A DNA stretch of 64,000 nt, from contig JAANOX010000251.1 in assembly GCA_020184695.1 (NCBI GenBank), forward strand, positions 62,001-126,000. Direction: 5' to 3'. A program made the translations under genes and the position numbers. This DNA is from Histomonas meleagridis 2922-C6/04-290x. Taxonomy: Eukaryota; Protista; Parabasalia. The notes below the pieces were generated by a model. That model was not told where the DNA came from, did not search any database, and worked only from the letters and a program-made list of their open reading frames with translations. Positions 33,731 through 46,955 of the stretch are shown here, in pieces (the stretch's first letter is position 1; every line of letters starts with the position of its first letter).

Positions 33731-34684
33731 ATGGAACCAAAAAAATATTCTCCCTTCCAGAAACACGCTGAATATGATAAAATCCCTGGACAAGATCCTT
33801 TTGAACAAAGAAAAATATTAAAAGAAAGACCAAATATTCCTGATCTCAAATTTGGAAAGATTATTGGTCATGGAAATTTTTCACATGTTTACGAAGGTTT
33901 TTATAAAAATGATAAAGCAGCGATCAAAGTTATTGAAAGGGGATCACCAAGATATATAAGTAACGAAATTGAGATTAACGAAGAATTGAGAAACATCCCT
34001 CATATCCCAACTCTACTCAATGTATTTTACGAACCACAAACAATTATGGTATTTGAATTTGTCGATACTATTCCAATCAATAATTATTTCGAAACCATCA
34101 CTCTTCCTCAAATACGTACAATACTTAGGTGCACACTTGAAGCTCTTTCTGAAGCTCACAAGCATGGCATAGTTCATAGAGATGTAAAAATAGGGAACAT
34201 TTTGGTAAAATCAGATTTTTCTGATGTTTTTTTAATTGATTGGGGATCAGGAGCATTTATAAGCGATTCCCTTACATCAAAGGCAGGCTCTCGTTCTTCT
34301 AGATCACCTGAAATGCTTCTTGGATACAGAAATTACAAATCACTTTGTGATATTTGGGCGATTGGAATTCTTATTCTTCACTTCCTTACAAACGGGAGCA
34401 TCCCGTGGAAGGCTCGATCGAGTCGAGAATCCATTTGTTTGATGTCAAGATTTTATGGAAGGCGTTCAATTGAAGAATTAGCTAATAACCTCAACCTAAA
34501 AGCACCAAGCTCGTTGGCTGACTGCCCGTCTGAGCCAGTAGCAAATTTAGAATCTGAATTTAAGACAAAAAATCCGAATTTAAATGATGCCAATTTAATT
34601 GATCTTATGAAACAATGTCTTTCTTTGGATCCTAAACGAAGGCCAACTGCAAAGTTAGCATTGTCACATCCATTTTTTGTATAA
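33731..34684 (+). CDS. CMGC Ser/Thr kinase, CK2-alpha-like
   Basis: IGHGNFSHVY, AAIK, HGIVHRDVKIGNIL, IDWGSG, PEMLLG, DIWAIG. Confidence 0.9.
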   Translation: MEPKKYSPFQKHAEYDKIPGQDPFEQRKILKERPNIPDLKFGKIIGHGNFSHVYEGFYKNDKAAIKVIERGSPRYISNEIEINEELRNIPHIPTLLNVFYEPQTIMVFEFVDTIPINNYFETITLPQIRTILRCTLEALSEAHKHGIVHRDVKIGNILVKSDFSDVFLIDWGSGAFISDSLTSKAGSRSSRSPEMLLGYRNYKSLCDIWAIGILILHFLTNGSIPWKARSSRESICLMSRFYGRRSIEELANNLNLKAPSSLADCPSEPVANLESEFKTKNPNLNDANLIDLMKQCLSLDPKRRPTAKLALSHPFFV

Positions 34685-34952
34685 ATTATTTTATCAAAAA
34701 ACTTAATTTGTATTTTTAACAACAAACGTTCATTAAAGCCAACAAATTAAATGTTAATTATTTAAAAAAATATTAATTTGAAGTGGACTTTGTTTGGCTT
34801 TGTTCGCTCGTGGGGCCACCTGTCAGCCTGGTCCAGAATTGAAAAAGTGTTTATTCTTATTTGTGAACATTAAAACATTTTTTCAGAGATAATTCAATGG
34901 AGCCTGACAAATTCATTTGTGTGCATAACCGCTCATAAATTTTCTTCAACAA

Positions 34953-36107
34953 ATGAAGACACTCCATAAATCCTCAAAAAAAGAAGATAAATCATCTAAT
35001 AATAGTCACGTCTTATGCCTTGTTAAGAAGGCAATCAATGACATCTCAAATAAGAAAAAAAATCATGAATCATTTCATGCTCTTCTAAAGGGATTAAAAT
35101 CATCAGAGCAAAAAGATTTGGTTGCAACAACATTGATTAATACGTTAGATCATTTTGCAGATAATAGCTCGGTTATTTATAGGTGTTTAAAAATTATATA
35201 TTGTTTACTTGAAATTGCCAACGATGACTTTTTACCGAGGTTTCAGTCGTTCATACCTGAAATAAGTTCATTGGATTTACTTGATTTTGGAAATGTAAAA
35301 GTCAAACATCGAAACAAAATACACGTACTAGCTAATTCTATAACAATGTATTTACTGAGAAAAGAACCTTTGATTAAACCAGAGCTAATTAATCTTGAAA
35401 ACCTTATTACAAATCCAACCATCTCATTCAAAGAATTTCCTATTAATAACGGAATCAACACTCACGATGATGACCCAATAGATTGGGGCGCTCAAAACGA
35501 TATTGTTACCTCATCATCCAAAGAATTTTTTGAAATTGAAGATTTGCATTTTTCATCTGAATTTATGTTAAAAGCTCATGAACCAAATGAACTTGTGTAC
35601 CATGACGAACCTATAGATGTTCCTAAAGAAAATGTTAAGGAAAATAATAATTCCGAAATTGTTGATTTAATACAGTTTTCATCTGAGCCAAGCATTGTTT
35701 CTAAGCAACCCAACGTTGAGTTTGAAGCAATTAGTATCCAATCGGAACGTTGCGGATCTCAGAATTCGATTGAATTTGAACCTATCTCTCAGCCTTTTCA
35801 TATTGGCTCCACTCCTCGAAGAGGAACTTACGACCTTTCTATTGGCCGCGTTAAATCAGACGATATGTTCGAACCTTTATCATCAGTAAGATCTACATCC
35901 GATATGTTCGAGCCGCTAAGTGGTGTATCACCGAATGAAACATTCGAAGCTGTAGAAAACCCAATTGATTTTGGTTTGACATGTGATTTTGAACCAATTG
36001 AAGATGATGATGATTCAGAGGAAGATAAAAAGCAATTAAAGCCAACTTCACTTAGCGAAATCCTACAGTTCTGTGACAAAGGCAAAGAGCTTGTTTCCTT
36101 CTTTTAA
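34953..36107 (+). CDS. ENTH/VHS-like adaptor protein with a disordered tail of repeated FEPI/FEPL motifs
   Basis: Helical N-terminus (VIYRCLKIIYCLLE) and an acidic tail with FEAI/FEPI/FEPL repeats. Confidence 0.55.
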   Translation: MKTLHKSSKKEDKSSNNSHVLCLVKKAINDISNKKKNHESFHALLKGLKSSEQKDLVATTLINTLDHFADNSSVIYRCLKIIYCLLEIANDDFLPRFQSFIPEISSLDLLDFGNVKVKHRNKIHVLANSITMYLLRKEPLIKPELINLENLITNPTISFKEFPINNGINTHDDDPIDWGAQNDIVTSSSKEFFEIEDLHFSSEFMLKAHEPNELVYHDEPIDVPKENVKENNNSEIVDLIQFSSEPSIVSKQPNVEFEAISIQSERCGSQNSIEFEPISQPFHIGSTPRRGTYDLSIGRVKSDDMFEPLSSVRSTSDMFEPLSGVSPNETFEAVENPIDFGLTCDFEPIEDDDDSEEDKKQLKPTSLSEILQFCDKGKELVSFF

Positions 36108-36185
36108 TCACTGTAAATGTTTTTTAATCTTTTCATTTTCTCTTTATTTTCTTTTTTGAACAATTATGTTTTCGTTCTTCATTAA

Positions 36186-36767
36186 ATGCTTACTTGGAAA
36201 AATGATTTCCTTGAGTTGTTTTGTTTTGGCCAAATGAAAAGCGAATTAACGGTCATCAGGTTAAACGTCCTTAAGAATATGAGCGGGAACGAACACTCTG
36301 CTGAAAAGAATATCAATTCCAAACAAAAAATAAAAATTAACAAAGCAGAGTTAACAGACATAAAACAAACCCTCTCCAAAATTAACACGCAAATTAATGA
36401 TGATATTCGTTTTTTCAAAATGTTTGGGAATTCCATTTGCAAATATGAAGGAGTTTCTATTGAACCTGTTCAACCACCAAGTATACAATCTAAGCTAAGG
36501 GATAAATGGGGAAATTTAACTAAACGATTATTACTTCAACAGATCAAAAAACACAGATCCGCTTTTCTAATACAAAACATATGGCGTCTTACCAAAAATG
36601 GGCCACGGATTTCACTACCAGATCTTAACGATATGTTCAATCTCGAACTTTCTGATCTCCAGTCAGCCGATATCTTGTGCATTCACCTCATTGCGGACGA
36701 ACTTTGTTTGAGGACTTTGCACAAAGTTATTGATCCCAACGCGGGCAAACAACAAAATGTAAAGTAA
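36186..36767 (+). CDS. Hypothetical protein
   Basis: 193-aa ORF, convergent with the next gene. Confidence 0.55.
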   Translation: MLTWKNDFLELFCFGQMKSELTVIRLNVLKNMSGNEHSAEKNINSKQKIKINKAELTDIKQTLSKINTQINDDIRFFKMFGNSICKYEGVSIEPVQPPSIQSKLRDKWGNLTKRLLLQQIKKHRSAFLIQNIWRLTKNGPRISLPDLNDMFNLELSDLQSADILCIHLIADELCLRTLHKVIDPNAGKQQNVK

Positions 36768-36774
36768 GTGTTAT

Positions 36775-37626
36775 TTATTGATTTTCTTCTTTGTGTTCTT
36801 CTTCAGGCTTTTGCTCTTCATTATTTTCCTCAGCCTTTGGCTCTTCTTCTTTCTTTTCCTCAGACTTTGGTTCTTCCTTCTTTTCCTCAGCCTTTGGCTC
36901 TTCTTTCTTTTCTTCAGCCTTTGGTTCTTCCTTCTTTTCGGACTTTTTAGCCTTGAGATCATTGATGTACTTTTCGAGGAAATCGCCGGCAGGAGTCATT
37001 GTAAAGACAGCTGGGAGGACAAGGATGAGGACAACAATGATGAGCATCAAAAGGAAGAAGTTGATTAACTTGAAAATGTATCCAAGAATTATTGTGGCAA
37101 TGATGAGAGCTGATGTGTCAACAACGTTTGGACAAAGGAATGTACGGTAAACAAAGAATGCAAGCCTCCAGCCCCATTTCATTGGTTGAGCAATGTATGA
37201 AACAATTTCTTCAAGACTACGAACACGCCTCTTGTTATCATTTGCAAGTTCTGGGAGAGTTTTGAGGTAAAGCTTACGGAGGAGATTCATGCCACCTAAG
37301 CAGTAGAAAAGATGGAACGTTGGAACAAGGATTACAGCAGAAACAAGTGATGGGAATGTTGTCTTAGAAAGAAGATAAGCGACAAGGAAATAGAAGAAGA
37401 AACCAGCAGCTAATGCAGCATATAAAGGAATGTTATGAAGAAGAAGTGCTGATTCAATTTGCAAAACATCTTGTTCAATTGGTTTCATAACAGAAACAAA
37501 CTTGCTTTCAACGTCTTTTTCACGGTAGCCAGCTAATGGGTAAAGATTATCTTGAATGAGAGTGTTCTCTATGTTGAGCCTCATATAAAATTGATCCCTT
37601 CGGCTTTGAAACTTTTTGTGAAACAA
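36775..37626 (-). CDS. Reticulon-like membrane protein with a C-terminal EEKKEEPKA repeat
   Basis: Two long hydrophobic segments and 27-bp coding repeats at about 36790-36945. Codon usage is richer in GC. Confidence 0.7.
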   Translation of the reverse strand: MFHKKFQSRRDQFYMRLNIENTLIQDNLYPLAGYREKDVESKFVSVMKPIEQDVLQIESALLLHNIPLYAALAAGFFFYFLVAYLLSKTTFPSLVSAVILVPTFHLFYCLGGMNLLRKLYLKTLPELANDNKRRVRSLEEIVSYIAQPMKWGWRLAFFVYRTFLCPNVVDTSALIIATIILGYIFKLINFFLLMLIIVVLILVLPAVFTMTPAGDFLEKYINDLKAKKSEKKEEPKAEEKKEEPKAEEKKEEPKSEEKKEEEPKAEENNEEQKPEEEHKEENQ

Positions 37627-38349
37627 ATGGCCATATTAAATAAATATTTCAAAAAGTGTAATTAAATACTTTACCTCGCGTTTAATTTCTGTGTTAATTT
37701 GGAGGTTCTTACGGAAAACGGTTATAATTCATCGAATCCCCTCACAACGGTTTCGATATTTTGAGTAGCTTATGATCAAAAGTGGTGTGAATTCCAGCTG
37801 CTGTTCACAGGAATTGAAGTTGGTTTTTTGTTTAATTTTAAATGAGTATGTTTATAGTCAAAATAATTTTATTAAAAATTCTTCAAAATATTTAGGTTCA
37901 TATGGTTGCAGAAGGGATTTCAAATTTTCAAAGAATGAAAATGAAATAATTTTTGATAAAAATCCAATAAAAAAATATTATTTTTAAATTTTAACTGGAA
38001 TACAACTCTCCCAAAACTTTAATACTTGTTTATGAGTAACTTCATGGCTATAGGAGAAACTCAACGAAAGCAACACCAAATGCACTAAACGGCCTTCATG
38101 GAACTGGTGATCCTTGGAATTTTAGATTTAAAATTTTGAAAACGTTCATGAAACTTTTAAATATTTTTACTATAAAACACCATTAAATTTAATATATACG
38201 TATTTTCAAAATATCAGTATTTATAATATTTTTACATTTATATATGTTTATTTTCTTACCAAATGGTAAGTTTATTGATTCATCACTATTTTTTATGGTA
38301 TTTTATTTCGTATTGATAATGAAATTTATATATTGTATCAGCAATTCTA

Positions 38350-39626
38350 TATAAATCTGTTGATGGTGAATCAGAAGGATAATAAAGAGGAATTTCATTA
38401 CCATTCGATATTACTGATATTTTGAACCCTTGATAATCAGATTATCTTTCTGACCATGCAACTGTAAGAATATTTTTACATGTTCCTGGTTCATAAGTGA
38501 ATAATATGGAGATATTAAACCTTCATTTCCTGCACAAAATACATACAAACAATTTTCACCTGATGACAAATTATAAACAGCGCTATCAAAGTAATACCGC
38601 CATCCTGGATTGTCTATTTTATCTCCCCATGAATTAGAGAAAATTCGTGCATTACCTTTAATTAAAATATCGTCAAGTAAGGGTGGATTAAATAAATAAA
38701 TGCTGGTAGAATCATAGCCTAAGTACATGAGTTTGGAATCAGGAGCTACACCATTGTAACTACTAATTTTACTATTCGAATTTTGCGCTTTTCCTTATAA
38801 TGTACCTGCAACGTGCGTTCCATGTTCTTCTTAAATCATATTTTCATACAAATTACTTTCAGTGTTATATACATTTTAATAAAAAACAAATTTTCAAATG
38901 ATTGGTTAAAATTTCGTTAAACTTACTATCAACATTTGGATAATTGAACATGGCATGGTGATAATCAAGAGGTGTGTCTACAAATGTTATAACTTGACCC
39001 GTGCCAGTGATGCCTCTGGATTCTAAATTTCTTTCAATGGTTGGATTCCCAAGTGAATCTATAGAAATGTTTTTTGAGTTTTTTTGCATGAAACCTGATC
39101 CAATATTGTTTGCTGCATTTGGAGGCGTATATTTACTGATAAACTCAATTTCATTAAGATAACTTAAATTTTCTGCTGACTCTTCATGTTGAATAGTTTC
39201 AATAATTATAAATTCTGCAGATTTAGTTATAATTTTGAAGAGCTTTTCTTCTATGAATTGTATATTATCATTTAATCCATGAGCAATTAATCGCGATGCA
39301 GTTTTAATCTGCATAGGATTAATGATCTTATTAGTTGGTTGAACTGAATTTATCAAAGCATTCAATGATTCAAGATAAGCAAATTGAAATGAATCTATGA
39401 AAAGCTTATAAACATTCTTGTATAGCATTTTGTTCGGTGTAAGATCAATTCCATGTGCTCTTAGTTGCTTATGATTTGGTACTTCAGGGAAATAAACATA
39501 TGCAAATGTATTTTGATCAGAATTGATTCTTTTATGTTTTGAAAGTTCGAATAATATTTCCTTTCCCATTGCTGTTGAAAACATTATTTTTTCGCATAAA
39601 ACATATTCGAGAAACAGAACAATCAT
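38350..39626 (-). pseudogene. Subtilisin-like (S8) peptidase pseudogene, 3'-truncated
   Basis: GITGTGQVITFVDT (Asp), HGTHVAGT (His), GVAPDSKL, SNSWG and AGNEG are present, interrupted by TAA codons and 1-nt indels. The catalytic Ser region is not seen. Confidence 0.85.
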
Positions 39627-40562
39627 TTTGAAACTCAGAAAATCACTTCACATACTGAAAAGCCATACAGTTGTTTGCAAAATTGAATTAAACCGTAAAA
39701 ATCAAGAGGCTAATTTTGGAACGTAAACTTTTTTGACATTCATCTACTTTTTGACAAATTTACATTATCTGGGTTCTATCACCACAATAAACGTTTTTTA
39801 AAAGTCAAAACTGGTAGAAACCTTGTAAAATTGTCAAAAAAACAGATATGATCAAAGTAAGGACAGTGCCAATTGCATTTTCCATTATATATTTATATTT
39901 GAAAATATTTCAAATAAACATGTTATGTTAAAAATGCATTTTCAAATATAGAAACCAATTGGTTCTTATTAATAAGAAGATATAAATTTTAATGAACAAT
40001 CAAAAGGATATCCCTTCAATCTCGATGTAATTTCCCAGAATTGGTAGGTTCATGTATTTGAAGTGGTTTAACATCGAAACATCCTAAACGTCTTTGTAAA
40101 TAAAAAATACATCGAATAAATAATTATAAAATTTCATAAAAACTCAAACCCCCAAAATTTTATTTAAGCTTTCTTATTTGCTATGTTTACCTTTTTATTG
40201 AAAAAATAATTTTACTAAAAATTACAAAATATTTACAATTAAAAAAGGTTTGATTCATAACCCTTAAACAGCATGACAACCTTTGGATATAACATTGTAA
40301 TTTCCCATATATAAATAAATTTTATCATCAATCAGCAATTTTTTTTAAGAATTATCTCCTTTTCGCTATGGATGAATATAAAGAATGTATTATTTTTTGG
40401 TAATTATGTTTATTTTGTTTCATGTGATAAAACATGTGTGTAATATTTTTCTCATGGAAATAATGTTTGTATAAATATTTAAATGTTACGATACATAAAA
40501 ACTAAATAAAAATAATCACAAAAAACCATTTTTCAAAAGAGAATTTAAAGAAGAAAAAAGAG

Positions 40563-43112
40563 ATGTTTAAAGGAAATAAAACATTCACGCAAGGAAAAAA
40601 AGTAACAATAGAAAAAAAAGAAATTCAAGAAAGTACAATAGGATACCAAAAAAAGCCTATTTGGGTTGGACCTAATGACAAAATTTATGATAAATTTTAT
40701 TCCTATATTCCCTTCATTACAACTCAAAGAAATGCAAGAAATTCTGTAAAGAAAAATATGATATTGTTTCCATCACCTCAAAGTTATGAAAATTTTCAAC
40801 TTTATTCCACTTCTCTTATAAATTGGTATTATGAATTTAGATATGTTCAATTTTCATCTCTTGTTCTTCCTATTCCAATTTCTGGTGAATACTATTTTCC
40901 ACAGAAACCAACGATATTAAGTAAAAAAGAAATGCATATATGTTCAAGGTTAAGAAGTAGTAGAACTGATATATTTCCTATTTCTCCAATAAATTATCTT
41001 AAATTAATTGATGTTTTATTACGCAATGATACTATAAACCCAGATGAACCACTTCCAGAAAAAGAAAGGAAAACAGAACTTTTTAATAAAGAATTTTTAA
41101 CATCAAATCCACAATGGCAAGATCAAATGATACTTCATGAACCTTATCCATTTATTTATAAAGATTTCAATGAATACGAAAAAGCATATTTAAATTGGAC
41201 GAAAATAGTGAATGAATCAATTCGAACAAAAATGATTCCACCAAAAGATTTTCAAAAAATACTTTCATTAGATATTGAACCAAGAATAGAACAAACTAAT
41301 GTTCCATGCTCTCAAGATCAATCAAAGATAAATTCTTTGAATTTAAGTGAGTGGAAAAATGTAAAAAAACCAAATATGAAAACAATAAAATTATTTGATA
41401 AAAATATAAATGATGAATATATTGAACAAAAAATAGATGATGCTTTTGTAAAAGAGATGATATTATATGGATATGAAATAGATTCATTAAAAGAATTTAA
41501 GCCATATCACGTAACACATTTTCATGTTACAAATATAAAACATAGCAAAATCCAAATTCCTTCTGGAAAAATTAATAATATGTTCTTCCTTAATTTACTT
41601 AAATATGATTATTCACGTAGAAGACTTAATGAACTAATGAATACAAAATTAGAGAATAATGTGAAATTTAATGAAATTCTTTATAATTATTTATTCGATG
41701 TATCAATGCTTAAGAAAATTATGTTATTAGGAGACAAAAACATAGATTTCCAAAGAAGAATATCTTTCTTCCTCAGATCTTTTATAAATAATATTAAGAA
41801 TATAAATTTATTCGAAAAACTTATTAAAGAACTTCAAAAAAATAATGTGCTATATGATTTTGTAAATTGTTTAATGTTTTCTGTTGATCCTAATTTTTAT
41901 TTATATCAAACTGAAGAAAACATTGAAATTGATAAAGAAATTAATTTCTTTTATATTATGAATGTTTTGATTCAATATGTAATTCGAATGAATAATATAA
42001 ATATATATAATTATCTTCTTAATTTTCTCCGTAAAACATCAGATGATTTAAAGAAAAAAATACAAAATAGTGAAGTACTTCAATATATTCGGTATAAAAA
42101 CAAAATTGCTTTGATAATGTTGTTTCTATGTGATTCATCTCAAATTCATAAATCAATTTTGGGTAAAGATTCATTATCTTTTATCAATGAATTATCGAAA
42201 GATAAAAAATATTCCAAAATTGTTTCAATAATTTTACATAATCATATTATTTCAACAGTATCTTCAGTTATCATCAATAATTTTAATGACTTAATTCAAC
42301 AAAAATTATTAGATGATCTTACACAAGATACAACACGTTTTCTTCAATATGTTATTGACTACATAAATTATAAATATACTACGAATCAATTAAAACTTGG
42401 TTTTCCCGTTTTATCACGCGGTTTAGAATTAATATCAATTAATATATTAAAAAATTCATATCCTCTTTATAAATCATTATTTATGTTGATTTGTAATCAA
42501 GATATTATTACTAATATAAACTTTGATGAAAGTACTTTATCAAAAGCAACTCTTGCAATATGTTCTATTGATACCAAAGATACATTGATATTTTTAGATC
42601 ATATAAAAGTATATAATTATATGATTAAAAATAATATTTGTTGTAGTGCACTTTCTCAGCATAATCCATTTTTGGAAATCATTGCACAACGTATTAATGA
42701 TCAAAATTCCAGAATATGTCAACAGTTTTGGGATATTTTTAAAAAATTATTAAATGATATTGAGATTTTTTCAAATATAATGTCTTCACTTAAGGTTCAA
42801 AATTGTTTAAAGTCAATTCCATGTAGTGAAAATATATTAGCAATAGAAAATTTATTAATCCTTTATATATCTATATTAAGTGAAAACAATTCTACTAAAA
42901 GAAAAATAACCTTAAAAATATTAATTTCATCTTCTGGTTCTCTTGCAATGCTTTACAAATCAAGAGAAGAAATATTTAAATTATATCCAAAATTACAAAA
43001 ATTGATTATTGAGTTCATGAAACTTGTGTTCAAATCAAAAGGATCTCATAGTTCTGACCTTCAAAACGCTTTTACGAAACATATTAAAGATTCAAAGAAT
43101 TTAAATCTTTGA
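40563..43112 (+). CDS. Hypothetical 849-aa protein (helical C-terminus)
   Basis: Long uninterrupted ORF with no motif I recognise. Confidence 0.75.
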   Translation: MFKGNKTFTQGKKVTIEKKEIQESTIGYQKKPIWVGPNDKIYDKFYSYIPFITTQRNARNSVKKNMILFPSPQSYENFQLYSTSLINWYYEFRYVQFSSLVLPIPISGEYYFPQKPTILSKKEMHICSRLRSSRTDIFPISPINYLKLIDVLLRNDTINPDEPLPEKERKTELFNKEFLTSNPQWQDQMILHEPYPFIYKDFNEYEKAYLNWTKIVNESIRTKMIPPKDFQKILSLDIEPRIEQTNVPCSQDQSKINSLNLSEWKNVKKPNMKTIKLFDKNINDEYIEQKIDDAFVKEMILYGYEIDSLKEFKPYHVTHFHVTNIKHSKIQIPSGKINNMFFLNLLKYDYSRRRLNELMNTKLENNVKFNEILYNYLFDVSMLKKIMLLGDKNIDFQRRISFFLRSFINNIKNINLFEKLIKELQKNNVLYDFVNCLMFSVDPNFYLYQTEENIEIDKEINFFYIMNVLIQYVIRMNNINIYNYLLNFLRKTSDDLKKKIQNSEVLQYIRYKNKIALIMLFLCDSSQIHKSILGKDSLSFINELSKDKKYSKIVSIILHNHIISTVSSVIINNFNDLIQQKLLDDLTQDTTRFLQYVIDYINYKYTTNQLKLGFPVLSRGLELISINILKNSYPLYKSLFMLICNQDIITNINFDESTLSKATLAICSIDTKDTLIFLDHIKVYNYMIKNNICCSALSQHNPFLEIIAQRINDQNSRICQQFWDIFKKLLNDIEIFSNIMSSLKVQNCLKSIPCSENILAIENLLILYISILSENNSTKRKITLKILISSSGSLAMLYKSREEIFKLYPKLQKLIIEFMKLVFKSKGSHSSDLQNAFTKHIKDSKNLNL

Positions 43113-44049
43113 AATAAAAACTTAATTTTTTTTATCTCTTTTTATATAAATTTTTCAATTTTTTTTCTTTGTTTTGTTATAAATTACATGTAATTTTTGT
43201 TTGATGTTTTCAAATGGATAACCAAAAAAAAAGCTTTGGATAGAAATTTCAGGTCTATAGACAATTTTTTCGGAATCCAATACATTGGATAAAGTGCATT
43301 CGTCAAAAGAGCATAGAGGACAGCAGTCAACAAACCCAAACAAGTTGTAATTTGTCACTCCCTGCAATATTTATGATAAAATTGACTTCCACACAACTGG
43401 CCATTTTTGTCATTTTTAAAAAGAATTACTCGTTGTTTTTTTGTTGATAGCTTTTTTCTTGTATCCAGCAGCATTTCAGAAGCGTATTATATGTCTAAGC
43501 ATATCTATATATCCAAAAAAATAACAAATATATTTTCTCCATAAATCAACGAATATTAATGATTTTTTTTCATTTAGATTTGTAATTTATTTGAACACTT
43601 TCACAAACATTTATCATCATTGGTATTCTTAAACTATTCCAAGTTTTTAATAAGGTTAATACAAGTTTTATCAGTGTTTCATTTATTTGCATTTTCAATA
43701 GAAACAAAGCAACAACAAATATTATACTTTTATAAAACAAATACTTTAAAATTTTTATAACATTTCGCAGAGTTCGTATTTGACTGCTTGTATTCATTAT
43801 TTAGACAGAAGCTCGTTTTAATACAAAATGGCATTGAAATCAATTTAATATCTTAGAATTTCATAAAGTTGATAATGATTAGACACAAACCTTAATCAGG
43901 AATTATTAATCAGAAATGTGATACACAATGATTTAGGAGAATTAAAATATGTAAAAAATTAAATTGCATTAATATATACAAGCAAACTTAATTTAAGAAA
44001 ACTAACGAAATTTAGATCTAAATATAAACAGTAATCATTAAACAAAAGT

Positions 44050-44741
44050 AACAACAATCGGAAATTATACATCTTCTCAATGCATAAAATTAGCAACAGT
44101 TATCATCGAAGAAAATGTAAAAACAATTGAAACTTTATCGTTTTCTGATGTAATGATTTAGCATTTGTTCATTTTACATGTTATAAGTCACCAACTGACA
44201 CAAGTTATAATCACCATCAGATTTATGTATCAAAATGTTCATTTGTTGAAAAGTGTTCTCAATATGTCTCGTCAAGACATAAATTTAGTGAATCAAATGC
44301 ATTTACTGAATCATTACGATTTGGCGTAAAATATATTCAAAACAGTTATTTCCAAAAATATTTTCACAAATATTATTACTCTTTCAATGTTTAAATCATT
44401 TTATTCTTATGTTGAAACGAAATTTGTTTATTATTTTTATATCATTCTTGAATATTCATCATATGTTACATATTATTCTGCTTTTTATACAATTCTTCAA
44501 AATGAAGATAAAGCAAACGAGAAATTCTTATTATTGTATTTGTTATTATTATAATATTTCACTTCTTATTACCTTTTTAATTCGTTATCTTCAAATTAAA
44601 CGAAATCGTATTTTAAGTTATCAAGAAAATGCAAACGCAGTCAACAACAATATTAATATTAATACAGAAAATGATATTAATTTCTATCATATTGAATCGG
44701 AACTATTTGCTAAATATTTTGAAGAAAACAATTTTATATGA
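44050..44741 (+). pseudogene. Decayed C-terminal part of a S/T-stalk plus TM surface protein
   Basis: Remnants such as FSESNAFTES, a Tyr-rich segment and a TM-like LLITFLIRYL followed by KRNR; frames are broken. Confidence 0.4.
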
Positions 44742-45228
44742 AAATTTAAAGTTTCTATTGGATTTACTATAATACACGTAGGATAAATTAAATTTTTCAT
44801 AATTTTATAATTTTTATTGTTTGATGTAAATGTGCAAATGTTTCACCTTATAAAATATTTTAAATACCTCAAAAAATAGAAAAAATACAAAAAGTGCCGA
44901 TAACTCATTCTGCATTGATAATCTGAATTTTAATTCCATATTAAAATTGTAAAGTTAATATTAACCATAGTTGTTCTCAGAAAAATATTTTGGATATAAA
45001 AATTATATTTACAAATTGTTAAACTTGTTTACTATAAAATTGATTGGATAAATTGAGTATGCGATAAGATTTCATTATTATAAAACTGAGCGCTGTTGCA
45101 GTCTGATTCCTCAGTTTACTTTCGTTTGATGGCTTCTTCCGCATCTTTTTATGTAAAACAAATTTCTTTTCACAACGAACAAAGATTAACAAAAACAGAA
45201 AAACATTTTATTACCACATTTCAACATA

Positions 45229-46955
45229 TTAACTATCCTCAAATCCATTGGTCCCATCTTCCTTTATCAAACTATTAAATTCATTGTCCACTTCTTCGTG
45301 ATTTCCTCCCGTAGTTGATGACGTATTATTATTTACATTTGACAACGATTTTGTTTTCGTTGTTTGTTTCTTATTTCTCTTCAACATAAATATTACGATT
45401 CCGACAATTATCAAAACTATCACAATAGCGCCGCATATAATACCAATTAACAATTCATTTGATATCAAATTATCTTTTGGTGTAACATCAGTGACAACTA
45501 ATGTATAAAATCAGAATAATAACTATAATAAGACGAATAATATATAACAGTGTAATCGTAATAAATGACATTTGTCGATATATAACTATAAGTGGATTCA
45601 AATGTTAACAATGAAATTGTATTTATGTATTTACTATAAAATGTAATCGAAAGTGTAATAGATAATGACTGAGTTAAAGTGAACGAATGTGTTAAAGATA
45701 AAGTTACATCAGATGAATAAGCAACTGATGCAGTGAACGTGTTCGACTTAGTGAATGTATCACTTTGTGTGAATGTGAATGTGCATGTTGGCGGGAGACA
45801 TTCGTCAAGTGTTGTTCCCTTAGTAATATTCATATTTCCAAATGTTTCATTTTGATATGTTTCTATTGTCATAACTGTTGTTGTATTTATATTAACAAAT
45901 GCATCATTTTGGATTTCTGGTGAAATTTCTCCATTAAAATGAATACATTGAAGTGATGTACAATTAGTAAATGCACATGAATTAATATATTGAACATTTT
46001 CACCAATAAAAATTCTTTCTAAATTATTACAACTTGCAAAAGCATAATTCATAATAGAAATGACTGAATTCGGAATTGTAAATGTTTTACTTTTCATATT
46101 CGGATAACTAATAATTTTTGTAATTTCTTTATTATATAAAACGCCATCGTTTTCATAATTCGAATATCCAATATTTTCTTCTGAAACATTAATAAATTGA
46201 AGTTTCGTACATTCTAAAAATGCATTTCCAATTGAAGTAACAGAACTTGGTATATAAATATTCACAAGGTTTGTACATCCTCTGAATGCATCAGCTCCAA
46301 TATTTCGGACGCCTTCATATAAAGTTATCGTTTCAAGTCCTATACATTTATAAAATGCATTATCACCAATGCTATTACAACGAATTGTAATATTATTTAA
46401 TGAAATACATTCTGCAAATGCACCACCTCCAATTGAACTCATTAATTTATCTGGAAATTGGACATATTCTAATTGTTTACATGATGCAAATGCTCCACTA
46501 TTTATATTTCCAACTGTTTCTCCAATTATTACTGTTGTTAATAAAGGCCATTCTCTGAATGCATCACTTTCAAGCTCGCCAACATTAATAATTATAATGC
46601 GTTCTGTAACATTCATATAATCATTTGAATAATCAATGAAATCAGATATTGTGAGTGTTTTTGTCTCTTCGTCATATGATTGCTTTGTATTAACAAAAAA
46701 TATAATCAATAAAATCGGAATAACTTCGTTTTTTTGATGAATGCTTTTCTGATTAAAATAAATTATGGAATAGAAAGTAAAAACAAAAAATATAAATACG
46801 AACAAATTTATGTTTGCATTTACCGAAGTAATTAATGCATTAAATATCTTTGGTAGATTTTTAAGAATATTATTGTTGAAATTCATTGAAAAATAACATT
46901 TAAGACTTTCATTAAAATGATATCTATTATGTAAGATATGAAAGATTACAGTCAT
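45229..46955 (-). CDS. BspA-like (TpLRR) surface protein with S/T stalk and TM; one frameshift near 45500
   Basis: IGxxAFxxCxxLxxI repeats and TFTQSDTFTKSNTFT. The TM and tail (LLIGIICGAIVIVLIIVGIVIFMLKRNKK) are in the 45229..45468 frame. Confidence 0.85.

Noticed and set aside
45495-45535. Possible 17-nt insert (agttattattctgattt, minus strand) fixing the BspA frameshift
   Set aside because: A single missing T in a T-run (GAT TTT TAT ACA) explains it more simply. Worth rechecking only if cDNA shows a 17-nt gap.
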